NCBI RefSeq assembly: GCF_036321535.1
Contig: NC_087437.1
Location: forward strand, 39,558,001 to 39,622,000
Direction of reading: 5' to 3'
DNA: 64,000 nucleotides
Source of the DNA: Camelus dromedarius
Lineage: Eukaryota
Of this stretch, positions 42,101-59,560 are shown one piece after another. The translations under genes and the position numbers were made by a program. The notes under the pieces were generated by a model that saw only the letters and a list, made by a program, of their open reading frames with translations, was not told the origin of the DNA and ran no database searches. Position 1 is the stretch's first letter. Every line of letters starts with the position of its first letter.

Positions 42101-43903
42101 TTGCAAAGATCTGAGTGAGTGATTGCTGCTCTCCAAGCACTGTACACATGCCTCTTCCTTTGTGATCCTTCATTAACTTTTGGAATATTAAAACAGAACA
42201 GATTTTCTAACATTATTTGATTAAAAATATGTATGTACTATATTTATAATAGCTGCATGCACATGTAAATTTATTGGTAGACAATATTGCCCATCTTATG
42301 AACCAGTAAATTTACCTTGGCTACCTAGAAATCTTTGAATTTCAGAGAAGATAGAGACCTTACACCAAAATCTCTCATCTTACATGTAATGAAACTAAGA
42401 GCCAGGTAGCCTGAGTCACTCAAAGACACTGAATCCCAGTGTTTTGTTTTGTTTTTTTTTTCTCCCTTATACCAAGTACCCGTAGCACTTAATTTTGAAA
42501 TGATTAGTTACTAGATTTTAAAGATCATTAGAATATGAAAACAACTTGATTTGCTGTAATTAAATGTGGTTAACTATATAATATCTTATAAATGCATTTA
42601 ATTAGACAGTATCCAATTTAGATCAACCTAAATATGGAATGTAAGTACCTGATAGTTGCTATTTTAGAACTTGCTTCTTTACCATAAAGTAATTTAATAA
42701 ATGATATCATTCCTTAGTCTTCTTGTGTAAAATGAATACTAGCTGGAATGTTTCTACCCCTTTTAATACTAAATCACATATATTTTTTCAGTTTGAAATA
42801 GAAGTTTTGAGCAATGATAGACTTCTCCAGCTAACCCAGGATATGGTATTTCAGCTGTCATACTCTGTTGTCCAGAATTTGGGAAGGTACTTTAAAAAGT
42901 GAAAAAAGGAGAGAAAATAGAGAAGGTGGGGGTGAAGGTTGGGGGGAAGAATCAGATCCCAGGATGATTTAACTACCTCATAACTTTCTATAAGACATCT
43001 TGCATAAAATTCCATCAATTTTATAGAGGCGCATAATTTTTGGTTAAAGTATATTGAAACAGAACAAACTAGTTTACTCTGTCTTCAAGCATTTTCATAA
43101 AAATGCTGCTTACTATCTATAAAGACCAGAGCTTATAACCTTAAAAATAAGTAAATAAAAAATAAATAAAATATCACTTAAGAAACTATATTCAAGATGT
43201 TTATGTATCTCTTTTTTCAATACAATTCTCCACATTTTGATTGATACATAAATCAGTTTTTTAAAAAAATGACCAAATAAGTAGGGACATAAAGATGAAC
43301 CAGTTAGATAATACTGCTTTGTATTTTCCTTGCAATGAGAGACTGTACGCTTTTGATAAATGGATACAACTCCATTCAGCAAATAGCTCTGTGTATTGTG
43401 GTGAATTCTTGTGCAATTACAGAACTTTGCTGGAATGCCCAGTGGTCTCTAGATAAATTCCTTCACCCTCTATGGTAACAGCTTGTCAGGTAGACTCATT
43501 TCCTGTTTTTATCTGAGCACTAAAAGAACATGAACGACCCTCAGGAGTTTGGGACAAATCACAGTATGATCTATTTCTTACTATCACAAGTTTTTAAACA
43601 CGAAAGACGGCTTCAATATTTAATTTCTTAGATGAATTTTGCTCAAGCTAAAATATGCTTTGGCTCAATAAGCAGTTAGTAGAGAATAATTTAACACCAA
43701 AACTATGTTATTTTCACACGTGTGTTAATTACTTTTTCTTTAAAGAGTTTGGATTTTAATTCTGCTAGAATTTCCTGTGTTCTTCCACACCAGCGTCAGA
43801 GGAAATCCTAATGTTCTCAAGATTTCTTTCATTTCATTGCACCTGCTTTTCAGGATCAACAAGTTAGTTTACAAGCTTGAAGTCTCAAATTCAAAATACT
43901 TAC

Positions 43904-43991
43904 TTGTGGGTGAAATAGGAATCCTGGAGACGGTCTCAAGTATTTCTCTTTTAAAGCTTCAAGTGGGTCAGTTAGTTTTCTTTTCTCTACT
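43904..43991 (-). CDS. MECOM: MECOM exon (~exon 9, 88 nt)
   Basis: Acceptor ctttcag|AGTAGA, donor CCACAA|gtaagt; encodes [30 protein letters not shown]. Confidence 0.96.
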
Positions 43992-46391
43992 CTGAAAGGT
44001 TAAAATTAGATTTTGGAGATGAATCAGTCTCCTGTATCAATCACTGCATAATCATGGACATTTAAAACAGCTAACAATAAAGCAAATGGTAGATTGCTGG
44101 GAAGCACAAAATAAAAATATAAGGACATCTATTCGTTTCTTGAAGAATACTCATGGCACTTCTAGGCACTCCAAGAAAGGAGGTCCTTTGATAATGGAAA
44201 AATCCTATTGAATGGCTAGTAATAATAATCATAAGGAAATGCAAAAAAAAATGTAGTCATGAAATCGGAGGCACTGGTCACAAATTTGTACCTTTCCATT
44301 TCAAGTGTAGACAAAAACTGCTTTAAGTTTAAAATCATAAGGACAGGGTTCACTTTGAAAATTAAAGTCATTTTCTACCAAGAAGGTGCTCCTTTAAGTA
44401 GTCATTATATTTCTCCTATGTTTGTGAGTGACAGCAAGAGAGCGTCTAAGCATGCAATACACCCTGCTAGCCACTCTGAAGGACGGGCGTGTTCTTTTGG
44501 ATGCTTATGCTGATAAACAGAGTAGGTGAAATGGGATTGGTAGAAAGAGGATGAGGAGCTGTTTGCAGGTAGGGAGAGGCATTATACAACTTATCTATTT
44601 ATCCCTTCTGCTTTAGAAATGTTTACCATTCTATTTTCTCTTAAGCATATAGGAAATGACATCATGGACTGAATTGATTTCTTTCACCAACTACTGGAAA
44701 TTTCCTTTAAAAAACCATTAAATAAGTATGCTTTTAAAAATAGAATCAAAATGAATAAGAGCAGCTCCCACATCTTGAGATTTTATATGTGCTATGTTTT
44801 GCACATACTATTTCACTTATTGAAATAGGTGCTCTTATCCCTATTTCATGGATGAAAAAGGAGTTTAAGACATGGGGGAGCTGAACTTTCAACCCGTGTC
44901 TTACACTAGAATTGACTTTAGGTCTCTCATGAATTTGGTGAAATAACATGCCTAAAGCCTTAATTGAGACTGAAATACCAGAGAGAAAACAAGATTAGAG
45001 TAAGCAAGAGGAAATCTAGGAGTGAGTGGAAAAGAGTGGAATGGGCACGTGGAGGAACTGGAAGCCCATTGCCATTGGGAGGGTCTCAGAAAGTCTGAGA
45101 AACTCTCTTCATGGAGGACTGAGATCCATCACTGAGTTGGAAATACAACCTTACTGGCGATGCGTAACATACAAGCTACACACAAAATATGGAAGAACTG
45201 TTTTTCTTTTTCTTTCTCTGTAAAGGGACTGCCGCAGAAATTAAAATATAATAAGTGAAAAAAATGCCCAAATATGGTGGCTCTGAGGCATCTCTGTATT
45301 GTCCTTTTCTATGTCATGTTCAAGTGGGGGTGGTCCTTAATATACTGACAACGTTTCTTGGTTAGCATCTTGGAGATAATAAAAGTAGAGAAAGGGTTTT
45401 AAGTGAAGCGTTTGCCTCTCTGTTACCTGTTAAGTAACAGGAACTCAATAAATGTTGCTGAATGAAGGAATTGAACAAAATTGTCTTTAAAAAAAAAAAA
45501 GAATCAGTCAGAAATATCAAACACTCCCAGCTTAAATAAGTCCAATAAAAAAAGTATCCACACTTTCCATTAACTCTTGACAATGTCCAAGACTTAAATG
45601 AGAAAGTAGACGTGAAAATGCTTGGTAATATTTCAAATGCATAATAAGCATAATTATTGTCAGTCACACACTGAAGTAAACTAGTTTTAAAAATCGAAAT
45701 CCTTCTGATTGGTCAAGTGAGTGTTTCTGAGGACTGCCTAAGAAGCTTTTCATTAAGCATTTATTTCCCCTCCCCCATAAAAAATTTTTTGATGCATCAA
45801 AGGAAACAAAATAATAAAGGCATTAAACAGAGACATGTTTTTTAAGCTGAGTGCTCACATTACACACAAAGCATTTCTGTGATTAACATTTCACTTACAT
45901 GGGACTCCTAAGAGACTTCTTTAGAAACAGAATAGGACCAGTACTTATTAAGGATGTGCTGGTAGGTTTACCAAGAGTAAACTCTTGCTGTTCTATGTCC
46001 CACCCTATTCCAAATAGCCCGACCCATGTCAGTGCCCACACATATTTGCATTAATCCTTCAGGAGCCTCATTCTTCCGCCACTTGACAACTTGCCTTATA
46101 TATGACTTTCCCATATTTTCCACTTAAAAAAATGTGTTTAAAAATAAATTTATTGTCGAGGGAAAGAACTCTGTGGGCTTATTCCAAAACCCCAAATTCA
46201 GAGACATCCAAAAATAAGTCCAAACCTAATGAGCTGACTTTCTGAATAAAAACATGAATTCACTAGATCAAACAACTTTACTCTCTGCTTTATAATAATA
46301 ATAAAAATGGTGTGTTAGAAGCTGTAATTTTCTAGTATAAAAACTACCTCTCCTAGGTCTGTCCACATTCAGCGGTGTCCACCCACCCTTA

Positions 46392-47813
<1,422 letters not shown>

Positions 47814-50800
47814 TCACAATTGGTTTACCCCAAATGTCAATTAGGAAGCCAGGGAAAGATGTTGGAGGCACCAATCTGGGTGCTCCAAACACAGAAAACC
47901 CCATTTCACTAGATTCCAAAGCAAGGCATCCAACCTGACAAATGTCTTGAGACAGCACAAATATTTCATATATATATAAATATTTTGTCATCCCCATTGC
48001 ATAATATTTTGCATCATATTTGTGTATTTAAATATTGATTAAAAAGTCAAATTCCAGCATGCGTTGATTTCCCACCCAATCACTACACCAACAGAATCTT
48101 TAAAATTAAACTCTCAAGATGTACTAAACATGAAACAGAACAGGAATCCCCTTAAAATTTTAGACCATTGACAGAATTCTATATTGCAGGTACCAGAACA
48201 AAACAAAACAGCCTTTCCCTTGACCAGAAACTTCACCTTTATTCCCTCTCCCCTTGGGGAGAAAAGCCTGTGACTGCTCTACCATTATTTAATTCGTATT
48301 ATATCATATGCTCTCATCATTCACACATCAAAGCCACACAACAATGCACATTGTGTATTCTGAGACATTTTTAACAATCATTTTCATGATTTGAGAAAGA
48401 CTGACATAATTTACAATGGCTCTATTTTAAGCCTGCAAAGGAAACTAAATTGAATGTAGCCCATCCTGCATTGCTGGTTCCCATGAACTAGGATCACGTC
48501 CTCTGACTTCCCCTCACACCAGCGGTTGTGCTAACCTTCCTGCATTTATGAAACCCTGTCCTTGGGAAACATGTCCACTTGATGTCATATCTTCCCTGGT
48601 TATCTTGGGGCTTGACTTCTGTGTGGCACAGCCAACTACGGTAAGCAGGGGAGAGTGCATGGAATGCTCTCATCCAGTGAGAGTACAGCAGTGGGAGTGG
48701 CTGGGAAATCACCCTTTCCCCGAGAATTTGCCAAAAAAGTAGAACATCTTCCTCACATACGTGTGAACAGATGTCAGAATATTTTAAGACGGAGCTCCAT
48801 AACCCTGAAGAATCTTGCTAGGGAGGAATCCCACTCACTTCACAGTCCAGCCAGATTATAGGATTCATTTCCTAAGCGTCACATTTTTTACATTACTTTA
48901 GTAAAGATGAGTCCACTTTCTGCATGAGTTTAATGCTTCTGTGCATGTTTAATACACACAAAAATGTGATATGCCTTGTTGGTAATTGTCGAAACAAATT
49001 TTATATGAGAAATTTAATTGAAGACAAAAATGTAACATTTATTTCTTTCATGTGATAACTGCCTTTAAGTAGAGAATGGCTGCACTCCTAAGTCTAAACA
49101 ATAACAATTAAAAAAAAAAAATTCAAAGATTTTATAGACTTTCAGTCACGCAAAGCTCATCCAGACCCTGGGTTATCCCACACAACACCAAACAGGAAGT
49201 ACCAAGTGGTTCCATATCTATTTCTTTCACCACTAACAATTAAAATGCATTGCCAGACATATCCATGTGCTTAGGAATGCTAAACGAGCTTCCAACTGTG
49301 GGATGAGTCATAACATTGCTGAGGCTGTAGCGTGCGTTTTAACGGGAAGAGAAGATGCGAGTGATTTCTTTTCAAATTATTCAACTGGAATATACATACC
49401 AGAGTACAGACTAGTTAACCATACACAGTAAATATGCATACTATTTAAATTCTTTGATACATTAATTAAAGCCATATGATCTAGAGGGTAGAAACAGGAG
49501 ACTTTCACTAGTTATACTAATTCAGCTATGAGCAGGAACAAGAAATAGTAAATAAAATGTAGATGGAATTATAAACATGTGTTCGTTAAGAAAGCAGCAT
49601 TAAAAGACATTGAAAAAATATCTTGATGGGTATTCAAATGGGTGTAAGTTTTTGAAAGATTTGTGATTTTTCTGGCAAGGCAATGTTGCTCTCTACCCTT
49701 CTTAGAGCTGATGGGTTTAGGAAAATCAAGAGTTGTATACGAAAGCAACAGAGTTGCATCTGACTTTCCTGATCATATGCTTCGCTACACCGACAAACAG
49801 AGTTTGTGTCAGGTCTCGGGAACGTAGAATCTGGGATGTCTCCTTAGGCAGAGGCTTTGTTTTTCTCACTTGAAGGCCTGGCCTGGCCCCACCACAAACC
49901 ACCAGGCCTCCAGGTAAGTGGCTCAGTTGATGTTGAAGTCTATACTCCACTGTAATTTTCTCAGTAATAAGGAATTAGCCAGCAGTTAACATTGCATTTT
50001 TCTACTTATTAAACAAATTAAGAGGTATTTTGAATATACTCAGCCTATTAGAGCATGTGGTTTCTATTTGGGAAGGGCTGGAGGTTTCTGTAAAGGCAGT
50101 GAGTAATTACCTTAGTACTGGTGACTCTGGGCGCAAGCTTGGCGGTACACTGTAATAAGAGACAGTTGTCATAAACACACCAGTGGGGGTAAATCGTGGT
50201 GTGTGGCCTTCTGGTGAGAAACAGATATCAACTCTAGGTGAACCTCCTCCACTCCAAAGCCTCCACACCAACTCCTCTTTTGTTCTGAAATTACACGGCT
50301 ATTATTCATAATTACCCCACAGCTCTCTGTCAGATTTTGTATTTGAAGACTGCCATCTGCTATTTAAATTTACCAATAATTACTGAAAATGCATTCATGG
50401 GAAACAGTTTGCACAATCCGATTGGAAAGGGACACCCCATAGGGCTTTAAAGCGAAGCAGTTGATTTCAACCCAATTAAAATTCCAGATCCCAGAATCTT
50501 AGATGGTAGGAATCCGTATTTTCTGACATTTATTTTAAATAATAGAGAAAGCATGAAGTGGGTGATCATCATTCACTGTGGTCTGTTCCTCCCGTTTTTT
50601 CACCAAAACATATAATAAATTGATCACAATTTATTTCTGCAAAGTCAGAAATAAATGAATTATGTGTGCCTGTAGCACTTCAAGCACATTTTTAGCGCAT
50701 TACGACCTGGAGTCAGGAATATCTTTAGGAGACAAGAAGTCTAAAATTTCCATTGTATACTTCATTTCCCATGACTTTCCACAGAGTTTCCTCATGGGAG

Positions 50801-52001
50801 ACTAAAGCACCCTTTTGTTTATCTGCTAGTCCTCTTCACTCCACCCGGGGAACAGAAGAACCTATGAGCAAAATGGACTCATAATGGAAAGGGAAAGAAA
50901 AGCTCCCTCGGTGCTTGGAAGCATAAAAGAGGATTGTGTCAAGGCAAAAAGGAGGACGGTTAGTCTCTGGCATTTCCACGCTGGCACTGAAAATTAGTTT
51001 TTTTCCATCAGGTCCTGTAGTAGTGTCTCCTGTGCCTACTACAAACCATCAAGTATTTGTCAGAAAAACTGTTTTGCAAGGGTTCCCAAGTGAGAAGTTC
51101 TGCCAGCTACTAAGTATGCTTCATCCCGGTCTACGCTTATCTGGATCCAAAACCTGTCTTGAAGTTTGTAACACAACTCAGTGAGTCACTGTGTTTATAA
51201 GCCCAGCCGAGCACTGGATCAAAAGAAGTCCGGAGTCATTGCCCTGATGGACTGAGACCAACTGATTTTCCATATGAAATTTTTCAGCACAATACAGAGA
51301 ACAGGGGTGGGTGGACAGAGGAAGAAGTGAATGAGGGCTGCGTCGTACTTTATTCGAAGTGTGTCACTCAAGTGCTCTGCACAGGGATGTTCTAAGTAGG
51401 TGGTCAGGTTGGCTGTCCCCTGAAAACACACTGCCTGTAAATTTGCTTTTGTGCAGTGGCTTAGAGAAGCAGCACGTCCAGCATCAAAGTGAAAATGTTC
51501 TGCTTTTCAAGTAACTGAGAACTACCGAACCACAACCTGTGATCAGCAACAAAGGGCAGATTAAAGGGCATTTCCGCCCACCCCACCACACACTCACACA
51601 CATACACGCAGTCCTAAGCCTACATACCAGGTGGGGCTTTTCTAGCTCTTTCTGAGCCAGAACAGGTTTTTGTCACATCATCTTGTTTAGCGGCATCTGC
51701 TATTTGCTGTGTTACAGAGCCACACACGTTTTTCAGTGGGAGACAAATCTGGTTGTCTCTACGAAATCCCACAACCTGGGGAGGCTTCCTTTACATTGTT
51801 TAACGACGTCTAGTTTCTCTCCCTGTTATTGATTTCATCTCAAAGAAAACACACCCCCCACCCTGGGATCACAGACAAAATACCAGGGATCTGGTTATAA
51901 AAGATTGTCTTGGAATAGAAAATAGCCCGACTGGATGAGACCATAAACAGCTTGTGCAAAGCACCCCCCGCCACGGCTGTGCGCGGCCGCTCTCCTGATC
52001 A

Positions 52002-52217
<216 letters not shown>

Positions 52218-53484
52218 CTAGGAAATGAGTACTGATTAATCACGAAACTTGATTCAGGGACGCAAGCAAGAAGACCGGAACGACTCAGGAAGGAACTGTG
52301 TGTATTTGTTTTATTTTTATTTGTTTTCCCCAAAGACCAAATGACATTCTTATTTCCAAAGTGTGAGCCTCTCTACGGTCAGGACTGTCAGTGACTCAGC
52401 TCTGTATCCTTTGCACAAAGGATCCATGGGTATCAGCTGAACAAAATACTTATTGACATTAGTAGACCATAGGCAAGGCCTTTTTGGCCCTATTCAGAGT
52501 GAATGGTGTTGAATAATAAAATATTGGCCCTGATATTATTAAAATGGTGCGCAATTTCCATCCTTTAAACAAAGATACACTATGTCCAAAATTGGGGGGA
52601 TTTTGACTAAAGTATCCCAAAACTATTCAGTGAGTTCCCCTACGGGTTAAATTCTAACACTATGTTTCATCAAGTTACCATTAAGCTAAAATCATTCCTT
52701 TGGACATCGTACTGAAAAAACAAACAAACAAAAAGAAAAAGCTACCCACACATCAGGGAGCAACACATCTCAAGACAATTTTGAACGTCACAGTTTCTAC
52801 TGGCAGGAGAAAAGACGGTCAAATGCTGGGAAAAGTTTTTAGAAATAGAAATCAATCTTCATGACACCAGGACATCTTTTAGTTAATTGAGAAACACAAA
52901 AATCCAATGATGTGAATTGCTGTTCCCGAAGTCCAGAGGGACGGTCAAGGTGGAGCGCCTTCATTTCACCCTGAAGTTGCTCAGCCCTGGCCACTAAAGC
53001 GCTGCACTTTTAATTAGAACCAAGTCATAATTTATGGTGGGGACTTGGGTGGAAAAATCTGCAAATGTAGGAGTCTCCCATTCTTCTTTCTGAATAGGCA
53101 TTCAGAAACTTTATGTGACTTCCTCACAAATTGCTATTAAAAGAAATCAGTAATGTGCACTGGGTAAAATTTTCATTCTCCATAAGGCTATAAAACAACC
53201 CCATGCTGGAAAGCCAGTAGCGGAACCAAGAATTTACCAAGGATGTCTGACACCTAGTTCTGGAACTCACCATTAAGCCTCACTTCCTCCCTTACAAAAA
53301 TAAAAGGATACCCACTAAGTGTTTTTATACACTGTACTAATGCCTTTTAGCATACAACACTCAGTCTACTTTTCTCAAGATATTTATAGTTTCCCCTCTC
53401 AAGGCTTGTTTTTATATATCGTAGCAAATGATGGATTAAGAGAGAGCGGGATGACAGAGAGAGGCCAAGTAGTCCACAAATTCA

Positions 53485-53658
<174 letters not shown>

Positions 53659-54280
53659 TTAATAAGACATGGTGACTAAGAACACATTCATAAACAGAAC
53701 GTCATTTTATCACTAATCCAACTGGCAATTAAAGAAATGAGAAGGGAAAGGAGTTGAGGCGAGGAGGAAAGAGAGGAAACAGGCTTGCAACAGACAAAAG
53801 CACATTTTATGTTCCCTAGACGGTGTTTCTCAGCAATCCAGAGAAGTACCCCTGTTGTTGGAAAATAAATCTGATTCAGCTAGCAGGGAGTAGTTGCCAA
53901 TTTAGGGGCATGATAAACAACTAGCCATTTGTCCAGTTCTGGCTTCACTACACAGTTCTAACTGCAACACGTATTGCTGAGAGCCACTTAATTCAAACAC
54001 AGACACTCAAACAGAAAACGTTAAAAAAAAATGCTTCAGAACATGCAGGAAAGTATTCTATCTAATGTATTTAACCCCTACATTCAAAAAGGACTTTTAT
54101 TCCTACCCATATCACCATATGGGAAAGTGAGCTGTAAGCTAAGTATTCAACAAGTAACCTCCTCCTATAACCAATATCATGGACGGTCCGACAGATGGAC
54201 CCAGGAATGGATATATATGTGTCTAGATACAGATGTAGATATAAACATTATATAGGAAGGTATATGTAACATATAGAAAT

Positions 54281-54321
<41 letters not shown>

Positions 54322-54329
54322 CACACACA
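54281..54329. repeat. Compound (CA)n(TA)n(CA)n microsatellite
   Basis: Seen directly in the sequence. Confidence 0.95.
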
Positions 54330-54589
54330 ACCTATAAATTAGGGAAGGAAAAAAAGTGTATAATAAGTGGTGCACTAGTAAAGCCCCTCAAAAGAAAAAC
54401 ATGGTTAGAAGTTTTTCACGAGCATAGTTTCTCAATGTTTTAAAGCTTAGACTACTTTACCTTATCACATGTTTCTCTCTCCTTTCTAAACAATTTGAAT
54501 ATGAACTCTGTATGAGTATAATGAAAAGCAGATATAGATAATGGATTACTGTGATATTCAGAAGATGTTTGCAACATTTTGGTTAAATA

Positions 54590-55770
54590 AACACACATCC
54601 CATGCTAGGATACTACTCCCCAATAAAGTAACCAGAACTCCTTAGAAAAATAGTCTGTTTCAAATTTGAAGCACGAAATACACAAGATGGGTCTTGAACA
54701 TCTTGATATGCCAAAAAAGCAAGAAAGTTATAGATCATGTCAAAAGAATGGGAGTGCCAACCTGAAGAGACACCCACCGACCAAAGATGGGAAAATTTAA
54801 GCACCAGTAAGAGTAATTAATCTCATCTCTTAACAATAGTGATACTAAAAACCACATGAAGGGGGCTCACCAGTTACCCCTGGAAGACACTGAGACGCCA
54901 AACCATCACTCTGAAAACCAGTAGATAAAGGGAAAAACTCATGCACATATCCTGCCTTCCCTGTACGAACTCTGCTTCAGGGTGAGCAAACAAACAATGA
55001 GGGGAAGTTCCTCTGCATAAAATTAATCCAGGTAATAAATAATGAAAGAGTGATGGAATTAGACTACATTCATCTTGGAACCCCTAAAGAATGAATGAAT
55101 CTAGGCAATCCATCACATGCCTCCTGATGGAAACAGATGACACCATCAATGAGGTATTCCTCCCAAAACACTGAGCCTAAATCTGCTCAAGGCCTGGGAT
55201 GTAACTACGAGTATACAGGAAATACGGAGGATGGAGAGGGATGTTAAAAATACCAAGGGGACATCATCAGCAGAATACAGACTGGAGGAAATGCTACAGG
55301 AAGGACCACTCGGTTTCTTCTATACATAAACTGTAATGAGAGAGACGGAGGGAGGTTTACTGACTTTGACTGAGGCAACCTATAAATTAAGAAATATAAG
55401 ATACATGTCAACCAATCGCAGCAATGGGCCTTATTCTGATCTGAATTCAAACAAACAAAAAAAACCCTGTAAAAATAATAAAATAACTGGGGGAATTTGA
55501 CCACTGACTGAAATGTGGTAATAGTAAGGAACCATTATTTTTAAAGTGAGGTTATGTTTTATAGTCCTCACTTTCTACAGATACACACTGAACTATTTAT
55601 GAATAAAATGACATAATGTCCAGGATTTGTTTCAAATAATCCAAAACGAGTAGAGCTGAAACAAGACTGGCCTTGTGTGATAATTATTAAACCTGAGTAT
55701 ATGGCGGGGTGGTTATCAAACCATCCTCTCTAGTTTTGTGTATATATGAAAACTTCCTTAACAAAAAGGC
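54590..55770 (+). mobile_element. L1MC-type 3' UTR fragment
   Basis: acaagatgggtcttgaacatcttg, ccaaagatgggaaaatttaagcacc, agatacacactgaactatttatgaataaaatgacataatgtccaggatttgtttcaaataatcc. Confidence 0.75.
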
Positions 55771-58655
55771 ATTAAGAAACACTACCAGGCATGCGAGCAC
55801 CCTTTCTTTCTCGTGTTCCATTTTCCTGTGAGATAAACACTCTAAATTTAAGAATCAGGTAAGACCTCTGTGCACCTAGACGATACTACTCAGTGCTTGT
55901 ATACGCTGTGTGTGTGGCCAATGTGTGTGAAAAAATGCAATGCCCTTCCTCACATCTTGATACATCAGAAACACCTTTCCATATTTCTTTTTCTCTTCAC
56001 CAGCTTCCTCCTTCCAGTCCTGTTCATATTGGCACATGAACGCATTCTCCCTGCCCTATGAGTCAGTCAGCTTGGTAACGCTGTTCTGTTTGAGCACCAA
56101 GGGCGATTTCGCTGCGAACAAAAGGTACCAGGAGAGCACAGGTGTGTGGAGTCACGAGAACTGCCCTATCTTTATCTACAATATGTAATCCTCTGTTTGT
56201 TCCACAAGTTGAAATGTTAGTAAGAGAGCTAGGAGAGAGAGAGCAACAACAGCAGTAACACTGAACTGAGTCCAGGACATCTTCCCAAATCCTTGTACGG
56301 ACGGCTGTTCTCACCGTGGTCTCCAGCAAACCATCACGACATGCCATTTTGTGATATATATTATATTCCAATGTGTATCTCAAGTCATAAACTCTGAAAC
56401 CTAGTGATAAAAGATTGTCCTCTACACTGAGTCTTATTCTTGTCTTCTAACTCCAAGGGTATGATATTGATTTAAGAGCATAGGACGTGACACAAAAGAG
56501 GAAAATAAAGAGAGCAAAGCAAGGGAATTTTCTTTGCTTTGCTTCTTCTAATCTAGCGTAAACCCCGTGTTGCGCCATAGAATGATCAGCTATCAGCTAA
56601 TCAGTGATAGAAAATACAAAGGCAAGTGGTTCTCACAAAAGCAAATGTACATTCCTTTCATAAACATAGAAGTGGCCAGTCGGTCATTCATGAAACTTCA
56701 CTTTTCATAGAATTTTATCCCAATTTATAAAGCTTTGCTTAGCCTTCTGGGTTCTTTCCATCTTCTGCATATCAACCTTTGTTTCTTGTTCCCCCCACAC
56801 CTGCTTTTTGGAGGGTGGTATTCCTTTCTCAATATTTTACACAAAAAGATACAGAATAGAATAACCTATTATGTCTAGAATAGATTTCTCATTTGTTTCA
56901 CATATAAAGCAACAATATTGGGTTCAATAAAGTAGAAAATACTCAGGGCATGTAGGTTCTACACTGGCTAAATTAGATAACCCAAAATATCACTTAGATG
57001 ATTGACAATATGGTGAATGGTGACCTGCTCTATCCCTCTGGCCATGCTTCCAAAAAGAGAGCTCTGAGGGTTTATCCAGCGCCAGGTAATTAGGCATCCT
57101 TATTTCCTACTGAATGTTTGACCAAAAGAACTAAACTGACAGTTGGTTTGGCATTCAGTAGAGAGGACACAGGCTTAATCTTACACCTAGTCAGAGTGAG
57201 ACGCTTTCTCCCCCTAGGAAGTGCTGCCGTATACAACGTTCGAGGGTTTAGTCTGTCGATGTTTACTTTACAGTGCTGTCCTTTATCTTTGATAACAAAA
57301 TAGAAGAAAATAGACTCACCCTCTGGCATCAGAGCTTTTGCTTTACAGTATAAACACTTTTCTTACCTGTTGGTATTTATTAGTTTCATTTTGGTTTTTA
57401 ATTTGGACACAATATATTTAGGAGGTGTGCTGTGACATTTTTAACTATAAATTGGTGTTTTACAAAACACAGATAACAGATTTATTCTCTCTGTGGATTT
57501 ATATCAAGTAGTAAAGATGAGTTTAAAGGGTGCTGGGAAAGCCCTGTCAGTCCTCAAATGTCCTCTCTAATAGCTAAATTAGGCCTGAATTTTCAAGGCT
57601 ATAGAGATTCACTCTTTGGACTTGGTCTCCTTGGGGAAGGGGTTATACTTGATGCCCTTTTAGCCATCTGTGCATTAAAATGAATGACTGCCACGTGAAA
57701 TCCTTTCCCATGAGGAGAGATGCAGGGCAGTCAACAGAAGTGAAACAGAGAAGGAGGAAGAGGAGGCCCTAAGGATGAAAACAAAAAGGTAAACTGAAAT
57801 AGGTGGAGTGTCCAAGACAAACTGTGAGTAATTCACACCGTTGAAAAAGGCTCGTTGATACACTGCCATGCCCATTTAAATAAAGTAATGTTCCGTTGAA
57901 ATTCTGATTATAGGTTCCAGATTTAAAAGCAAAGTAATGAATGCAATTATTAAAATTGTTTGCGGACCAAGGCAAAAAAACTGAGGTAGAAACAAACAAA
58001 CAAAGAAAAAAACTTATTAGCTGGTTAAACACTTCTCTGATCTGAAAGACCGTTTTGTAGCCTAATTATCAATACAGTTTTCAAAACACAGGTTCCAGGG
58101 TTATTGTTTTCTTTAATAAAAATAAAAATGTTCTTGAATTAAATTAAAAAGGCTATAAACAGTTAATACATCACGGAAATATGATTTTCTTTTTGTTAAA
58201 AATAAGAATTAAAGAATCATTTCATTTAGGTCATGTTTATTTTTTCCCTTTTAGAAAATTCAACATTTTCCTCACTGAGCATGCTTCTTTTATATGTGTG
58301 CAGTTTAGAGACATAGTTGAAACTAAATCCATCAATTATACGAATCTATCAGAAGACCATCTATCTTTCATTAGGACCAGAATAGTCTTTTACTATCATC
58401 TAAATGTTTCTAAATGTTTTTACTATCATCTAAATACATTTAGATGATATCTAAATGATATCATCTAAATGTATCATCTACTGTTTGGTATGTAGTTAGA
58501 TTAATTAGCCTCATTGTTACTCCCAGTTAGCACTCCTAATTCTTCCTCTAAGTTATGGTTTACTATACGGTTAAACTTTCAGTTGTCAATAACCCTGCTT
58601 AAATAATAGTAAACATATTTTCTATTTGGCATCAAAATAACTAATTCCAACATCA

Positions 58656-59060
<405 letters not shown>

Positions 59061-59329
59061 TTACTAGGGCTAGACGACCAGGAAGTGCCGCCGCAAACCG
59101 CAGTTCTCACTGAATTAGGGAAGACATAATAGAGGCAATTTGGTTGTCCTTTCCACCACTTCCATTTTAACGTGGACTAGAAATAGTACGTGTAAAGAAA
59201 CGAGGACAAAGCCTAGAAGGATAAATAAGTGCTTGCTTCGGCTGCCCTGCACCCTTCTTATCAGATAAAACCTCATGACTACACCCTTCCAGGGTTTAAT
59301 ATTCACAAGATATGAAAAGTAATAAGGAC

Positions 59330-59560
59330 CACTCACTGAGCATCATCTATTTCCTCAATCCTGTACATGGATTATTGATATTCCTAAAAACCTGATGGTG
59401 AAGAATTATATGTTGGGTATTTATTCCAACTTTCAGATGAGTGTACTGAAGCTCAGAGAAGTTTGGTAACGAGTCAGGGCTTGTAGAGATAAGTGGTTAT
59501 GTCAGAATTTGAACCCATCTCTGTTTGAATCTGTACCCCTCTCATTCGGCTACATTACCT
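59330..59560 (-). mobile_element. MIR SINE
   Basis: ttttcagatgagtgtactgaagctcagagaagtttggtaac..cagaatttgaacccatctctgtttga. Confidence 0.7.
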
